Source of the DNA: an uncultured virus (IMG/VR IMGVR_UViG_3300045284_000132)
Taxonomy: Duplodnaviria; Heunggongvirae; Uroviricota; Caudoviricetes
IMG/VR virus record: IMGVR_UViG_3300045284_000132
Length of the DNA stretch: 20,000 nucleotides
Strand: one strand, 5' to 3'
Below are positions 6,535-14,573 of this stretch, in pieces. The first letter of the stretch is position 1. The number at the start of each line of letters is the position of its first letter. A model generated the notes under the pieces. It was not told where the DNA came from and ran no database searches. It saw only the letters and a list, made by a program, of their open reading frames with translations. The translations under genes were made by a program, and so were the position numbers.

Positions 6535-6975
6535 ATGCGCCCGACTTATGAGAGCGCGGCAGATGGCTTCAAGGAAGATGTCGTCGCTACGCTATTCGCA
6601 AAATATGCCAACGCGCAGCAATTGAAAATCGGAGCGATCGGTCAGCATGCGCACGTCGATCGCTTGCTCTATCGTGAGTGTCACGTCATCGCGTTTTTTG
6701 AAATCAAGAATCGCAATGGCGGCTTCGGCGATTACCCTACATGGATTATCTCGGAAAAAAAGATCGAGGAATTGCGGCGTCTCAAAACAATTGTCTGCGT
6801 GCCAGTGTTCACCGTGTTCCATTTCAGTCGTTGTGACACGATCGCTTATATCGATGTCGATACACCGTATCAGCTTCAATCCAATTTCGGTCGATATGAT
6901 CGTGGCGATCCGCATGATGTAGAAGCTGGCGCTGCGTGGGCGTGGCATCAATTCACGACGATCAATGGAGCATAA
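6535..6975 (+). CDS. Putative PD-(D/E)xK nuclease-fold protein
   Basis: E...VDRLL...FFEIKNR pattern followed by YPTWIISEKK; C-terminal GRYDRGDPHDVE. Confidence 0.6.
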   Translation: MRPTYESAADGFKEDVVATLFAKYANAQQLKIGAIGQHAHVDRLLYRECHVIAFFEIKNRNGGFGDYPTWIISEKKIEELRRLKTIVCVPVFTVFHFSRCDTIAYIDVDTPYQLQSNFGRYDRGDPHDVEAGAAWAWHQFTTINGA

Positions 6976-6976
6976 C

Positions 6977-7399
6977 ATGCGCGCCATACTTATTGATCCC
7001 AAGCTGCGTCGCATCATCGATGTCGAGTTGCCCGACAAGGACCCGGCCATGCTCTATGACATGCGTCGCCTGATCGGCTGCAAGAACATGGATCACACGA
7101 CGATCAGCGACAAGCACGATACGATTTGGGTTGCTGATGACGGGCTGCAACAAGCGAGATGCTGGGCATTCAAGATCAGAACTTCAGATCCGTTTGCTGG
7201 CACTGCAATCATCATCGGTGCCGATCGTCACGGCAACACGCGCCCGCCGCACGTGCCGATCGAGTGGCTTGAAAACGATGTGACATGGCTTGATTTGATA
7301 GAACCGGAAATTCATTGGGAGGAAGTGCCGTTGACGCTGCCCAACGGTGCAGTAATAACGCGCGTGCGCAGCTTCGTCACCTACCGCCGTGCACGATGA
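6977..7399 (+). CDS. DUF3846-like hypothetical protein
   Basis: MRAILIDP...LIGC...IWVADDGL...FAGTAIIIGADRHG pattern; GGAG RBS. Confidence 0.55.
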   Translation: MRAILIDPKLRRIIDVELPDKDPAMLYDMRRLIGCKNMDHTTISDKHDTIWVADDGLQQARCWAFKIRTSDPFAGTAIIIGADRHGNTRPPHVPIEWLENDVTWLDLIEPEIHWEEVPLTLPNGAVITRVRSFVTYRRAR

Positions 7400-7635
7400 T
7401 CGATCCCAACGATCACGAATGCTACGATGGGCGCTCTCCTGAGCCGCAGCGCGCACGAAACAAGGACATGATCAGACACGTCAGTGTGGATTCGATCATG
7501 CGCGAGGTCGATGATGCGATCGATGAGCGCGCGGTGTCGCGCGATGACGCGATGAAATTTCTACAATCGATGCTGCTGCAGATCGAGTTGCGCATGGGCT
7601 GGGTGCGAGACGCCATCAGAGAGCAACACAAATGA
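7396..7635 (+). CDS. Hypothetical protein
   Basis: ATGA-coupled to neighbours on both sides. Confidence 0.6.
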   Translation: MIDPNDHECYDGRSPEPQRARNKDMIRHVSVDSIMREVDDAIDERAVSRDDAMKFLQSMLLQIELRMGWVRDAIREQHK

Positions 7636-7895
7636 AACCGACGCTGCCGTTTCAAGCGGAGCACGAACAAAATATTCGCGACTATGCTGCGACGCTGACG
7701 ACGATTCAGCTTGCGCAGGAAATTAAATTCAGAGTGAACCGTGCAATCGCCATCAACAACAGCGGAGCTTTTCGAGTTGCCAGTTTACTGATGATCGAAT
7801 TCGAGACACGCGCCGACGCTGATCAAAGCACTCGCAAGAAAATCCGCAAGATGCGCACGATGATCGACTTCGCGATTCGGGAAACCCATAAATGA
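7632..7895 (+). CDS. Hypothetical protein
   Basis: ATGA-coupled chain. Confidence 0.6.
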   Translation: MKPTLPFQAEHEQNIRDYAATLTTIQLAQEIKFRVNRAIAINNSGAFRVASLLMIEFETRADADQSTRKKIRKMRTMIDFAIRETHK

Positions 7896-8137
7896 CCTGT
7901 GGATTTTGCCAGCGCATGCGCCGTCTGCCGCGCGCCCTGATCGAGCGGATCGTCGCCGCGCAGACGAAAGCTAAACCATTCGCTGTCAGCTTGCATCATG
8001 CAGACGGCAGACCCTTGACGGCTGGCGAGTTACGACCGGGGCAGACTGTCAGATTCGATCCGGCGACCGGCTTAGTGGAGGTAGAAAATCACCACGAACA
8101 GCCGATCAGCGCGAGCCCTAAGAGAATCAGCAGGTAG
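7892..8137 (+). CDS. Hypothetical protein with N-terminal CxxC
   Basis: ATGA-coupled; MTCGFCQ; contains DGRPLTAGELRPGQTV. Confidence 0.55.
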   Translation: MTCGFCQRMRRLPRALIERIVAAQTKAKPFAVSLHHADGRPLTAGELRPGQTVRFDPATGLVEVENHHEQPISASPKRISR

Positions 8138-8152
8138 TTGACGAGGTGATCC

Positions 8153-8293
8153 ATGAAGCCGCTGCATCAGTGGTCGCCTAGCTTGATCATAGCCTTCGGC
8201 GTGGCGATCGGCATCTCCTTGCTGATCGCGGGTATGGTCTTCGGCTGGCTGGTGATTCATCTGCTACGAACCGGGGCGCTGCCGATGCCCTAG
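8153..8293 (+). CDS. Small single-TM protein (46 aa, MKPLHQWSPSLIIAFGVAIG...), not in ORF track
   Basis: GAGGTG RBS; long hydrophobic stretch; stop overlaps the stop of the convergent porin gene. Confidence 0.55.
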   Translation: MKPLHQWSPSLIIAFGVAIGISLLIAGMVFGWLVIHLLRTGALPMP

Positions 8294-9066
8294 AATCGAT
8301 AGCTTGCCCCGATGCGGATCACGGAAATTGCCAAGCGATCCCATGCGAACACGACCGGCGTTGATGTTACGGCAGGCGACAGCGGTGCTGATGCTGTAGT
8401 CCCGTTGAAGCTGTAGAACAGATATTCGGCACGCAGCAGCCATTGCGGCGACCACATATATTCCGCGCCCGCGCCAGCAACCCAGCCCGATCGCACTGAG
8501 CTAAAAGAAGTGGCAGCAGTCACGGAGGGTGACGCTTGTACGGTTGCGCTGCCACTGTAGTTGACATCGGCCCACGCTGCACCGCCTGTGCCGTACAGCA
8601 AGATCGTCGGCGTCCAAAGATAGCCGACGCGCCCGCGAATGCTCGCAAGCCAATCGACGTTCTGACTCATGCTCGCGCTCGAACCGGGCAGCGTCAGCGG
8701 CGCTGTCGATTGATCAGACGAGAACGTCGCGCCATCGAAGTCGCCCTCGATGCCAACGAGCCAGCGCGGCAGGAATTGATAATTGTATCCGGCTTGCACG
8801 CCGCCGATGAATCCCGCGCCACTCCCGCCGCTCAGACCAAACAACGGATCGGGCGTATATTTCTTTTTGGCGATCGGGATCGACGGCACATCGGCCGAAC
8901 CGCCCGGATTGAACCAGCCGCCACCGAGATTGCCGCCGACATAGGGGCCAGTCCACGTGATCGGCGGCGGTATATAGATCGGCGCTGCCTTGATCGGCAT
9001 ATCGGCAGAGTAGGCGGCGGTGCCAAGCGCAAGCACAAGCCCGCCCGCGATTGCGGCGCGCATCAT
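8290..9066 (-). CDS. Outer-membrane beta-barrel protein, Omp25/Omp31/RopB family
   Basis: Signal peptide, then ADMPIKAAP, WTGPYVGGNLGGGW, GGVQAGYNYQ, ASIRGRVGY, LLYGTGGAAW, GWVAGAGAEY, RAEYL and C-terminal YRF (BAM-type terminal Phe). Confidence 0.93.
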   Translation of the reverse strand: MMRAAIAGGLVLALGTAAYSADMPIKAAPIYIPPPITWTGPYVGGNLGGGWFNPGGSADVPSIPIAKKKYTPDPLFGLSGGSGAGFIGGVQAGYNYQFLPRWLVGIEGDFDGATFSSDQSTAPLTLPGSSASMSQNVDWLASIRGRVGYLWTPTILLYGTGGAAWADVNYSGSATVQASPSVTAATSFSSVRSGWVAGAGAEYMWSPQWLLRAEYLFYSFNGTTASAPLSPAVTSTPVVFAWDRLAISVIRIGASYRF

Positions 9067-9279
9067 GGTCGTGTTCCCTAGATTTGAGAGAGAGGTCAGC
9101 GGCGATGGTGATACAGCAAAACGGTTCCGCCAACCAGCCGGTCACGGCAAATTTGCAATACCTGTGGCAGATGCGACACGCGAGACCCTCGCCAGTCGCC
9201 AGCGGAGCCGCGCCCATTGAGTTTCGAGCGTCGAGCCTAGTCGGATGGCCCGGACGAACTCTAGCGCTTCCTTGACCGA

Positions 9280-9430
9280 CTGTGGGGATCGCCCCGTCAG
9301 CGTGCCGTCAAAGGGGTGAGGGTTGAGCGGCACGCTTGGATTGCAGGGATGGGGGCATTCCAGCAATCCGCGTCATCGGTCGGTTAGACAACAGGGGGCG
9401 GGTCGATGACGCTGACGGAATGATCACAGG
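9280..9430 (-). ncRNA. Candidate structured RNA: four-way junction with three C-rich loops
   Basis: Closing stem 9294-9300/9412-9418 encloses perfect stems 9301-9307/9328-9334, 9338-9344/9363-9369 and 9370-9378/9404-9412. No convincing ORF. Confidence 0.5.
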
Positions 9431-9612
9431 ATACACGGACTGCAGGCGGGCGGAAGTGAACGAAAGTATAACTTGAAAAGAAATTTGGGGAGAAAGCGTC
9501 GTCGCCGTAACTCCTGATCGGACAGGACGACCGACGACGACGCCCCTTCGGGACTGCGAGCCCGCACGTGGCTTGCGTTGGCACGTGCAGGGGCGACTTA
9601 CGCCCGAAGTTC

Positions 9613-9825
9613 TTACAGCTTAGGTTCCCACTTCAGCTTCGCGCGGTAGTCTGCGGCAATGCTCTCCATGATGGCAATCTCACGATCGGCTTTTGACTGT
9701 GACATCGTCCCATTGGCGACGCTTCGCGGGTAGACTCGCCGACGATAGCCAAGCTCGCGTTCGATGCAATCGAGCTTCGTTTGATCCGAGATGCTGTCGG
9801 GCAGATCAGGAAATAGCGCGATCAT
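9613..9825 (-). CDS. Conserved-looking small phage protein (70 aa)
   Basis: CIERELGYRRRVYPRSVANGTMSQSKADREIAIMESI resembles a recurrent phage hypothetical; start MIALF with GGGA RBS. Confidence 0.7.
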   Translation of the reverse strand: MIALFPDLPDSISDQTKLDCIERELGYRRRVYPRSVANGTMSQSKADREIAIMESIAADYRAKLKWEPKL

Positions 9826-9918
9826 TGTCCCAACCAAAATGGTCGTGCCAGTGCGATCAGTGCGAGAATCACATTGAGTCCAAGAATGCACAAGATCGCT
9901 CGCATGTATTTCACGCGA

Positions 9919-10191
9919 TTATCGGTTGCGCTTTTTTGTTCGAATGTTTCCTTTATCGCCTTCCTCATCCTCCCATTCTCCCTGAAAGAATTCAGGCGCC
10001 ATTGGTTCTGGTCGCCCGCTCGAAAGATATTCGCCGTTTGGTCCGTGCCTCACGTGAATCGCTCTCGCTTTTATTTTGCCGCTGGCGAGTTGTTTCAGCA
10101 AAAATCGTTTTGCTGCGCGACGTGACATGCCTCGCTCGATACACTGTTGGAGCGCGTCAGCGAGTAAGATATAGCCATCGTTATCTGACAT
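9919..10191 (-). CDS. Hypothetical protein
   Basis: Start MSDND (or 10200) behind AGGAGAGGG; part of the leftward operon. Confidence 0.6.
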   Translation of the reverse strand: MSDNDGYILLADALQQCIERGMSRRAAKRFLLKQLASGKIKARAIHVRHGPNGEYLSSGRPEPMAPEFFQGEWEDEEGDKGNIRTKKRNR

Positions 10192-10414
10192 GATCGCCAT
10201 CCCTCTCCTGCTCACAATATCGTCCGAAGTCCCTGCATTGTTGCTCGCGCGCTTTTGATAATATTGATGGCGGCGGCGGCGGCGGATGCGCAAGCTCGCC
10301 ACGATGCTCGCGAGTGTACTCACCGCTGCAGGCTAGCGTCAGCACCATGATCAACAACAGCATCACTGCCAGCGCCGCGATACAGAACGCCTTTTGAATG
10401 TTGAGGCTCATCAT
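10181..10414 (-). CDS. Putative small lipoprotein/exported protein
   Basis: Lys, hydrophobic core, then LTLA-C-SG lipobox-like site; poly-Pro; ATGA-coupled to the upstream gene. Confidence 0.5.
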   Translation of the reverse strand: MMSLNIQKAFCIAALAVMLLLIMVLTLACSGEYTREHRGELAHPPPPPPSILSKAREQQCRDFGRYCEQERDGDHVR

Positions 10415-10593
10415 TCGCAGTCCGGGCAAAAATGCAGCCATTCATCGCTGAGCTTGCCTAGCGCTTTGCGCGCCTTCCAATGCTGACGATGCAAGATGTT
10501 CTGAGCGGATTCGAAACTTGACGTTTCGGTTTCCAGCACTTCGCCGCATCCGTCACATTCGAATACAATGTTGTTATGATCGCGCGTCATCAT
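10411..10593 (-). CDS. Small zinc-binding protein
   Basis: CDGC...HFCPDC. Confidence 0.7.
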   Translation of the reverse strand: MMTRDHNNIVFECDGCGEVLETETSSFESAQNILHRQHWKARKALGKLSDEWLHFCPDCE

Positions 10594-10769
10594 GTTTGCG
10601 TGCCCTCTGATGTCGGAGGTGGTTCGTCAAGCTCAGCGCGATAGGCTGCACACAAATCGGCTTGCGCCTGCGCCACGGCTTTCTTTTCGGCGTCGCCGCG
10701 CTCGCGCGCCCACTTGTTCAACGCCTTGGCAAGATCGCGGGCAACTGCTGCTATACTGGCATCGCTCAT
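10590..10769 (-). CDS. Hypothetical helical protein (59 aa, MSDASIAAVARDLAK...), not in ORF track
   Basis: Hand translation; fills the operon gap, with an ATGA overlap at 10590-10593. Confidence 0.6.
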   Translation of the reverse strand: MSDASIAAVARDLAKALNKWARERGDAEKKAVAQAQADLCAAYRAELDEPPPTSEGTQT

Positions 10770-10770
10770 A

Positions 10771-10968
10771 TTATTTGTCTTTGTCTAGGAAAGTAACTCG
10801 CGTTGCCAAGGTGATTTTTCCCTTGCGCACGTGCCGCACAATCGTGCGCGGTTTATGATCCGGGTTTTCCTCGACCTTTTGATGACGAGTCCACGGGGAT
10901 CGGAAACTAAACTGGTTGTCGCGCTCGATCAGCGCCTTGGTTAGTTTCCAATTTATCGGTTTGCTCAT
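10771..10968 (-). CDS. Hypothetical basic protein
   Basis: Tightly packed in the operon; ends GKITLATRVTFL. Confidence 0.55.
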   Translation of the reverse strand: MSKPINWKLTKALIERDNQFSFRSPWTRHQKVEENPDHKPRTIVRHVRKGKITLATRVTFLDKDK

Positions 10969-10972
10969 CAGA

Positions 10973-11200
10973 TCATGCGTCCATCGCCCACATTCTCAGC
11001 GAATATTTTTTGATCACGTCGCCGATCGTGCTGCTTTTCTGCCGCAAAGTTGTCTGCGTGTTGGAGTGCTCAACAAGAATGGATGCGATCAAGCGACACA
11101 TAATCACCAGCGCATTCTCTGTCGTGATGTTCTGATGTTTGAACCAAGCAACAAGTGCTGAAGTCGCATCGTTAATCTCAGTGTTATAACTGCTGTCCAT
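10973..11200 (-). CDS. Hypothetical protein (start uncertain, up to 11287)
   Basis: ORF track; packing. Confidence 0.5.
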   Translation of the reverse strand: MDSSYNTEINDATSALVAWFKHQNITTENALVIMCRLIASILVEHSNTQTTLRQKSSTIGDVIKKYSLRMWAMDA

Positions 11201-11344
11201 GATGTTTGAATTCCCGAGTCGTCGCCGCAGAATTCGTCTATCATGAATAGTTGCCGCCGTCCGATACTCACAAAGCGCTTTGCTCATTTGTCCACATGAA
11301 TGAGCAACGTTCGGACGGCGGCACTTCCCCTCTCGGGAACGCGC

Positions 11345-11686
11345 TCAGAACATTTCGTGCAATTCCGCCAGCATCTTGTGACATGCGGCAAGCTGACGCT
11401 CGGTCGCGTCGAACGTGCTCGGCATTCCCTGCGGCTCTTTCGCAGTTTCCAGTTTGACAACGGTCGGGCTGGGGCGCGCTTCGACGCCGCGTATCTTATC
11501 ACGCAATGCTTCGATCTTGCGTGATAGATCAACGACGCTCGACATGATCGCTGAAGCTCGCGGCAACAAGCGATTGTTTGTCGGGATCAGTGAGCGAGCT
11601 TCCATCTTGGTATTCTCAGGATGCTCATCACCCGCCATCACCCGTTCCATATTTTCCATCAGTCGCTCACCATCAACGTTGCTCAT
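11345..11686 (-). CDS. Hypothetical coiled-coil protein
   Basis: ATGA-coupled to the recT stop; AAGGA RBS. Confidence 0.65.
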   Translation of the reverse strand: MSNVDGERLMENMERVMAGDEHPENTKMEARSLIPTNNRLLPRASAIMSSVVDLSRKIEALRDKIRGVEARPSPTVVKLETAKEPQGMPSTFDATERQLAACHKMLAELHEMF

Positions 11687-12786
11687 GATTTTCCTTTCAG
11701 TAGTTTGACGCGTTGCTCGATCATGACTTTCAATTCATCAGTCTCTGCAGAAACCATTCCGCAATTGTTTCGCAGCCTGCGCTGCTGATCGGATACGAAC
11801 CACGCGCGCAGCGCATCGATTTCATCGAGCGATGTTTTGACGATGCGCTCGCGCACGAAGTCCTTGTATTCCGCCACGGTTTTCGGAGTGTGGGCGCTCT
11901 CAGTTTGCGGCTGCGATTCTGACTCAGTCTGAGTCGTCGCTGATTCGGTCGCGCTCTGTTCCTGATTCGTCTCTGATTCGGCAGGAGCGCTGTCAGTTTG
12001 CTGTTGCTCGCTGTCAACAACAGTCTGCGACGTTTCCCCACCAAAATGATCGAGCGTCGATTGTGTGGTCGATCGATCAGCAATCTCGCGCCTAACTTCC
12101 TCGACGCTCTCGACGCCTAGCAATGCTTCCTCATCGCGTTGCATCATCGCATCAAGATCGCTCGACATCGGCAACAACTTGCTGAGCACGCGAATGGCAG
12201 TCTTGCGCATCATTTCCTCAGTCCACATTTTCCACGGCGCGTCGTCGCGCGTCGCTCGACTCATGTTGCGCCGTTTGTTGATGTCAGATAGCGGCAAGTC
12301 AGCAACAAAACTGCCGCCATCCTTGGTCGTGGCGAGAGCGTAGACGCGGCGGATTTTTTTGTCTTCAGTGTCGTCGCCGGGAATGTGTTTGAAGTGTTCG
12401 CCTTCCTGCGTGATCCAATGTTCGTAGACTTCGCCTTCATAAACAATCCCGGTCCCGATCCATTTGAATTGCCCGCTGTTGCGGAATTTCTTCAACAGCC
12501 CGCCATACATCGGCAGATACTGCACTTTGTTTTTGAACGGGACCAAGGCAGCTTCGCGACTGTCGGGCAGCAAGCCATCCTGCGCGCAGCGCATCGCGGA
12601 ATTGAAAAGCGAAACACGATCGCACGCGAGCAGATCGGGATTGAGATTGCACGCCGTGATCACGACTCTGATGAAACGATCAGCGGGCATGTGCGGCGGC
12701 AGCGCGAGTTTGAATTGATCAACGCGCGAGTTGAGTTGATCATATAGCTTGGCGATCGGGTGTTGTGGTTGCGGTTGATCGTTCAT
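11683..12786 (-). CDS. recT: RecT-family single-strand annealing protein
   Basis: ALPPHMPADRFIRV...L.C...S...A...AQDGLLPD..AALVPF...YGGL...RNSG...VYEGE...W...M.RKTAIR.LSK.LPMS. Start at MNDQP with AAAGGA RBS. Acidic low-complexity linker. Confidence 0.92.
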   Translation of the reverse strand: MNDQPQPQHPIAKLYDQLNSRVDQFKLALPPHMPADRFIRVVITACNLNPDLLACDRVSLFNSAMRCAQDGLLPDSREAALVPFKNKVQYLPMYGGLLKKFRNSGQFKWIGTGIVYEGEVYEHWITQEGEHFKHIPGDDTEDKKIRRVYALATTKDGGSFVADLPLSDINKRRNMSRATRDDAPWKMWTEEMMRKTAIRVLSKLLPMSSDLDAMMQRDEEALLGVESVEEVRREIADRSTTQSTLDHFGGETSQTVVDSEQQQTDSAPAESETNQEQSATESATTQTESESQPQTESAHTPKTVAEYKDFVRERIVKTSLDEIDALRAWFVSDQQRRLRNNCGMVSAETDELKVMIEQRVKLLKGKS

Positions 12787-12869
12787 TGTTGATGTCCTTT
12801 CATGTACAAATAGAAGCCGATCACGATGATCACCAGCGCCCAGCCGACGATGCCGCTGCCCAAGAGAGT

Positions 12870-13802
12870 TCATTCGTCATCCCCCTTCCGACGATCGTGA
12901 ATTCTCAGCACGCGAATATCCTTTTCAGGCACGCTATATTCGCTGCGATGCTGAGTCTTGTAGGTGATGCTCCAATCATCGAGGCCGGTCACGCGCTCAG
13001 CGTCTTTCATTTTCCAGCGCACTTCGCTTTCGATTGCCTCGCAGCGCTCGCCATACGCTTTGATCCATGCCTTCAATTGTGAATGCTGAGCGAGCAGCAC
13101 AGGCAATTCATTGTCGCCTGATAGATCAACAAGTTTCTGTTTGATTTCGCGCGGCGTCAGCACGCTGATCAATTCCTTGTCGCGCCCATAGTCGATCGTC
13201 GGTTCGTTTCCCTCATCAACATCGCGCCAGAATTGTTTGACTGCGCTGCGAATGCGTTGCTCAGATGCTTCGTGCCGTGGAATCTCTAGGATCGGGCACA
13301 GCAGATTGAACGGATCAACGCGCATCGGCGCGACGACGCCGAATGCCGCGCCTGTCAACATGCATTCGGTCAGTGTCTGCAGCGTGATCCAAAACGGAAT
13401 CTCTTTGCCGTTGTTCCATTGTTTCTCGAATACGTTGGGCGCGGCAGTCTTCGTCTGCAGCACAGCCAGCCCGCGCGGATCGCCTTCAATCAGGAAGTCG
13501 GGCGTCGCGCCAAGTCGAAGCTCCGGGTCGCGATAGTAGTAACGTCCCTTGATGATGTTCCAATGCGGGCGTTCGTCCTCGACAGCGAGAGCGACCGCCC
13601 CTTCGAGCAGCCGCCCGCGCCGCATGACGGCAGACTCTTCAGTCTCGGGAAAGTCGATGCCAGCTTGTTCGTAATACAATCGAGCCGCTGTCACGTAGGG
13701 ATGCAGCCCGAATAAAGCGCCGACGCGGCTGGCGGTGATGTCGCGCTTGCGCAGGTTTAGCCATTGCTCGCGCGAAGTGATTTCGATCCGTTCGATCGGC
13801 AT
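12870..13802 (-). CDS. YqaJ-like viral recombinase exonuclease (lambda exonuclease superfamily)
   Basis: EQWLNLRKRDITAS...G.HPY...MRRGRLLE...LGATPDF...LQTKT; directly upstream of recT. Confidence 0.88.
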   Translation of the reverse strand: MPIERIEITSREQWLNLRKRDITASRVGALFGLHPYVTAARLYYEQAGIDFPETEESAVMRRGRLLEGAVALAVEDERPHWNIIKGRYYYRDPELRLGATPDFLIEGDPRGLAVLQTKTAAPNVFEKQWNNGKEIPFWITLQTLTECMLTGAAFGVVAPMRVDPFNLLCPILEIPRHEASEQRIRSAVKQFWRDVDEGNEPTIDYGRDKELISVLTPREIKQKLVDLSGDNELPVLLAQHSQLKAWIKAYGERCEAIESEVRWKMKDAERVTGLDDWSITYKTQHRSEYSVPEKDIRVLRIHDRRKGDDE

Positions 13803-13832
13803 TGAGTGTGGACTTCCCCTTGACGATTCGGC

Positions 13833-13891
13833 AGTGTGAGCTTGAAAATGTTTTTGTCAACCTTGACAAGTCCTTGCTGTGGATAGAGGAT
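13833..13891. promoter_or_regulatory. Back-to-back divergent promoters forming the palindrome TTGTCAA-CC-TTGACAA
   Basis: Perfect TTGACA on both strands (13855-13860 minus, 13863-13868 plus) in the 95-bp gap between yqaJ-like and cro-like genes. Confidence 0.65.
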
Positions 13892-13897
13892 TCATTT

Positions 13898-14170
13898 ATG
13901 GCCCGTCGAAAGACCGTCCCGAATCACGATGACGATTTCATGAAGCAACTGCGCGCCAAGCGCGGGGCGCTTTCGGAGTTGGCATTCAAACTCGGCATTC
14001 GCCCGCAAGCCACGCATTTATGGCATCGTGTCCCCCTCGATCGCGTCAGCGACGTTTCAAAAATTCTCGACGTTCCAAAATCAAAAATTCGCCCGGATCA
14101 CTATAGCGGCGACGACGATTCGCCGACGAAGCGCAAGCTCACATCCACCGAATCAATCATTGAGGGCTGA
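13898..14170 (+). CDS. Cro/YdaS-like HTH transcriptional regulator
   Basis: LSELAFKLGIRPQATHLW-HRVPLDRV...L.VP...IRPDHY pattern; first gene of the divergent operon. Confidence 0.75.
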   Translation: MARRKTVPNHDDDFMKQLRAKRGALSELAFKLGIRPQATHLWHRVPLDRVSDVSKILDVPKSKIRPDHYSGDDDSPTKRKLTSTESIIEG

Positions 14171-14171
14171 C

Positions 14172-14573
14172 ATGGCGAAAGCGAAAGACGATGACCGCGA
14201 CGGCGACAGCACGATCGAAATGAAGGGCAGCGTAGTCAAAACCATCATTCGACGGATCGAGGAAGTGCTTGACGAAATGGCATCCGCCAAGGGCTCTTTC
14301 ATGAGTCGTCAGGCGAAATTCAAGGATCGGATCAACGCGATCTATGATGAAGGATCGCGCAAGGGCATTCCCTCGAAAGCGGCGCGCACAGCGGTCAAGA
14401 TCAGGGCGCGAGTACGCAGGGCGCGTGAAACGCTCGAACAATGCGAAGCCGACGAACGCGCTGTGGTGCAGACAATCCTTGAGCTTAACGACGATCCGAG
14501 TGATCTGCCGTTGTTTGCTGCAGCGGCACGACGCGACGGTGGAGCAGGCGCGGAGGCTCCTGCGCTGCACTGA
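14172..14573 (+). CDS. GapR/DUF2312-like DNA-binding protein
   Basis: IIRRIEEV..E...DRINAIYDEG..KGIP.KA.R..VKIR...DLPLF resembles the GapR consensus (ERIERLEEE...DIKEVYAEAK..GFD.K), with an insertion. Confidence 0.6.
   Translation: MAKAKDDDRDGDSTIEMKGSVVKTIIRRIEEVLDEMASAKGSFMSRQAKFKDRINAIYDEGSRKGIPSKAARTAVKIRARVRRARETLEQCEADERAVVQTILELNDDPSDLPLFAAAARRDGGAGAEAPALH

Noticed and set aside
9142..9584. ORFs 9142..9366 and 9384..9584; tRNA, tmRNA, SRP or RNase P identity for the structured region
   Set aside because: ORFs lack an RBS and protein-like composition; no T-loop GTTCRA, CCA end or other hallmark motifs found.
12787..12873. 29-aa N-terminal extension of RecT given in the ORF track
   Set aside because: Better RBS and ATGA coupling at 12786; the extension is not RecT-like.
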